Shown here in pieces: positions 60,095-64,000 of a stretch of DNA of 64,000 nucleotides. How positions within the stretch are numbered: position 1 is the first letter of the stretch; the number at the start of each line of letters is the position of its first letter. Source of the DNA: Strigamia acuminata (taxonomy: Eukaryota). Below the pieces are notes generated by a model. That model was not told the origin of the DNA and searched no databases. It saw nothing but the letters and a program-made list of their open reading frames with translations. The DNA lies in the NCBI GenBank assembly GCA_949358305.1, contig OX442314.1:23870001-23934000 (forward strand), written 5' to 3'. The position numbers were made by a program, and so were the translations under genes.

Positions 60095-61217
60095 CCTGCA
60101 CGCTTAATGTGTCAGCCATTTTGAATTTGATCGTAAAACCCAAAACCAGACATAAACCACTTTAAAAAAAACCACTCCAGTTACGGTTTCTGTTTTTTCC
60201 ACTTTCTGATGATGGTTAATGGCTGTTTTGTTTTTGGTGTCCATTCTGTTGACAGAATTTTTTTATAAGTTTTCTCTTTTAATGTTTTGAGTCAAAAACC
60301 CCATAAACCCGAAATACGATTCTTAATTACAATCGAAGCAAACGTGAAAATTCCTGAGCAGGTTGCTCAAACTGCTGCCACTTTTGACAAGCGATATTTT
60401 TAGCAATGGAAATGTCACATCTGACCTCAATACGAACATGTGCAATACATTTTCCACTCAAATTTACGCAACAAAATCCTCCCTGTCCCCACACTTAAAT
60501 ATCACTCACTCGACAAATATATTTTTTTCGTATACCCACGATGTTTACACTCGACTAACAGGAAACCATCCGCCAATTTTTCTCGGTACACTTCTATTTA
60601 GGCACAAAAACAGGATGTGTCAACTCGCAATTCAACTCTTTCTTTTTCTCTACAAATTTATCCCTTTTAATTAAGTGTCAATATAAAAGCATCTCTCAAG
60701 TCGCAGCCGAGGCCGACGACCCCTGCAACGACGTTTTGATAACGACAGTCGAGACCAGACTCTCTCCGACCTTCTTTCACTCGCATCTCGAAAACCCCTC
60801 GTTCGTTGCTTTTTTAAAAAACTCTTCCGGGAAGACGCTGAGGATGGAAAAATTTAAAAAAGAATTTAAAAGCTTGTGCCCCGCGTGAAAAATGACTTAG
60901 CAAACACACAAATCAAAATACTTCTTTTTCTCCTTCGTGGACCTAAAAAATATATATAAATATAAAGAATTTAAAATAGGGGTGTCATTTATTTCTGTGT
61001 GTTTTGGAATGCAAAGAAGTAACAACAACGTAAATTAGGATTTTCTAAAATTGCGCTTAATTGCAATTGCGTAATGTTCTATAATCAACGCGTTCGATAC
61101 AGGCGGGCTCGAATCGGTTACGCAAATACTTAAAGTTTGCTTAAATGAATACAAATAAGTGAAATAAGTGAAATAAATGACTTATTATTGAAAAGTTTTC
61201 AATAAAATGTCATTATC

Positions 61218-61410
61218 ATTTTTCCACAGAAATTATTTCCACGCGATTCATTTCCACAGGATTTATTTCCACGAGATTCATTTCCACAGGATTCATTTCC
61301 ACGAGATTCATTTCCACGAGATTCATTTCCACGGGATTCATTTCCACGGGATTTATTTCCACGAGATTCATTTCCATGGGATTCTACGGGATTCCACGAG
61401 ATTCCACGAG
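61218..61410. repeat. 15-bp tandem repeat (attcatttccacgag)
   Basis: Read directly. Confidence 0.9.
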
Positions 61411-62754
61411 ATTTGTCGGTTGATTTTTGTTATTTATGATAAATTCTAATAATTGTTACTTCGTCTAATGCTGCATGGGAGGAAAATTGAGTGACCCAAC
61501 TTCTAACTTAAAGTTAAACAAAATAAAGAACTTTATCAACATAAATCATGTAAGCAAATTCACTTTGCTTCTTTTCAAAACAGGAAGTGACATTATTCTT
61601 TTATGGTTAATTTTGACTTTTAATGGTCTGGTTTTACGACATTTTCAATTTTTCATCATTGCTTCGAGCCATCTAGTGAGAAAACCTACAATTTCATTGA
61701 ATGTTACTTGGGATGTTAATTTCACACATTTTGTCACACATTTTTAATACTGGTGGAGTTTCATCACAGATTAAACACTCACAAAGGTCATCTTGATAAA
61801 TTTCAGAGCTACCACTCTTCCATGCTGTAAAATCTCATCAACAAACTAAACAAAGAGTCTCTTTTAAGAAGCCAAGTCACCCTTCTCCAACCAAAAAAAA
61901 AAAATGTAAATACAAACATTCAAAGCAAACATTAGAAACTTCAACTTTGATATTCAAATTTAAAACATTAAAATTTCACCTCACGTGTTGAAGTTTCACA
62001 AATGTCACCAGTGTATCATCTTTTGTTGTGTATTCAAAGAGTTGCAATAAAAAAAAAATATTTTTCTTCTTTCCGTGTCTTAGAAACGCAATAAAAAAAA
62101 TGGAGAAACACCCAAAGAATCCAGGAAGGAAAAATAAGTCAAGAACCAAATTAAAAGTTTATTTTTTTGGAATAACAGGGGAGTGAAAAGAAAAAAATAG
62201 TCCACTTACAACATTAGAAATATATAGAGAAAAAAGAAATATTTTTTAAAAAAAACTACAAGCTGGCACAAACTAGGGGGAAAATGAACAGCAATCCCCT
62301 TGGTATGAGCGGCACGGTGCCAGAAAGCATTTCCATCCCAGTAAATAAAATTGTAAAAGGAAAAAAAATATTAGGGTAGAAAATTTGCGTCAGTGGTGCT
62401 AGCATTCCATTGGTACATCATCACATTTCTCAAATTCAACGTTGGAACGAATTCCCAACTAATGAATCAACACATTTACACAGTTCAGACTAACAAGATG
62501 TTTTCATCAATTGTTATTCCTGTTTTGCCTTTTCAAAGAACGGTCGAGGAATGAATTTTGACCTGCGTAAAAATATTATTCTTCTAATTTTGTATTCTAT
62601 TGTGTGATTTATGTGATTAAACAGCGGTGTCGGATGATTCATCGTTGATAATGTCAAATAAAGTTACATTAAGTTTAAATTTAAATTAAATAAAATCTAA
62701 GTCTTTAAAAAAATTCATAAATAAATCAAAGTTATTAAAAAAATTTAAAAAACT

Positions 62755-62990
62755 TAACTAAATCCTTAAAAAATCAACTGAATCCTTAAAAAATCAACTA
62801 AATCCATAAAAAATCTACTAATTCCATAAAAAAATCAACTAAATCCATAAAAAATCAACTAAATCCTTAAAAAATCAACTAAATCCATAAAAAAAATCAA
62901 CTAAATCCTTAAAAAAATTCCACCAAATCCATTTAAAAAATCAACTAAATCCATAAACAATCAACTAAATCTATCAAAAAATCGACTGAA
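62755..62990. repeat. 21-bp tandem repeat (aaaaatcaactaaatcc[t/a]taa)
   Basis: Read directly. Confidence 0.9.
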
Positions 62991-64000
62991 TTCAACTAAA
63001 TCCAAAAAACCATCAATAAATCAACTAAATCCAAAACACCATCAATAAATCAACTAAATACACCAAAAAATATAAAAGCTCAATAAAAAAATCAACAACA
63101 AAATCAACAAAATCAACCAGAAATCAACAAAAATCCACTAATTCCAACAACAAGATAATATGAATCATTAAAAACTCATAGTATAATAATAATAATTACA
63201 TATTTCAAACCTTAGCTATGTCCTGTTGGGGCCTGTTGATAGATGGCGCCAATGATAACACAGTTTTTCTAAATGTTCAACGTTACGTAATAAGCATATA
63301 GTTTTATCTTCTCAAAAAAATAAATTCGACAATAAAAAACGTCTATTTGAATGGAAAAAATAAATAAATTAGAAAAACGTAAAATATTATTTACCAAATT
63401 GTAACCTTCAATACTTTACCTTTGAGAAAACCAACGGCAGTTTAAGCGTGGAATGCATCAAACAACTGAGCTATTCATAAAGTTTTTTAAAAAGATCAAT
63501 AACCATTTTAAACATTAAACTGTGCATACATTCAAACATCTAATGGGCTGGAAACTGTAAATATCAATTAATACATGTTTAAATAAGTTTTTACAGCGTT
63601 ATTACGAATAAAAACGTATTTAAGACCCGGATTTTACGTTTAAAAATTTATGTGTAAATTTTTTGACCGAATAAATTATTCGGCGCAATTTAAATCGCCA
63701 CTTTAAATTACTTCAGTTTTTGCGACTAAAAATACACACATGACTTATCAATTGGGTTGAATTGAGTAAACATTACTGAATTTCTGTTTGCTATTTCCTC
63801 GGGTATTTCTCTTCCCTTCCGTATATTTACAGTTATAATGGCTAGGGTTGCCAGGCATCCTGTATTTATCTGTCTTGTTCCAGTGTCTAGTGTTTGAGTG
63901 GCGCCAATATCATAAATAAAATTTATTATCAGCAAAAAAAAAGATTTATTAATTAATTTGTGGAAAAAATTGTTTTCATTGGAAAATAAAATTAATTTTT

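Overview
AT-rich animal genomic DNA, most likely from an arthropod (inferred from intron style and protein motifs). Main content: (1) the 3' end of a probable LTR retrotransposon with an unrecognised ORF (1-2681); (2) a ~1.5 kb near-perfect palindrome (2781-4290) whose inner arms and loop carry a frameshifted MLH3 fragment including the endonuclease motif, predicted to fold into a long hairpin RNA (the most unusual object here); (3) a two-exon LYRM1 gene (+, 4695-5095); (4) a myocardin-related transcription factor gene (MRTF, minus strand) with 13 phase-consistent exons (8298-17785) and candidate alternative first coding exons near 26.4 kb and 39.7-40 kb; (5) an intact, very recent BEL/Pao LTR retrotransposon (47725-53849) with TG...AA termini, nested in a Tc1 relic; (6) many MITEs (hAT, MULE, Tc1/mariner-type), several minisatellites with ~21-bp units, a tRNA-derived SINE head and a short 18S rRNA fragment. 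All homology calls are from motif recognition by eye; no searches were run.
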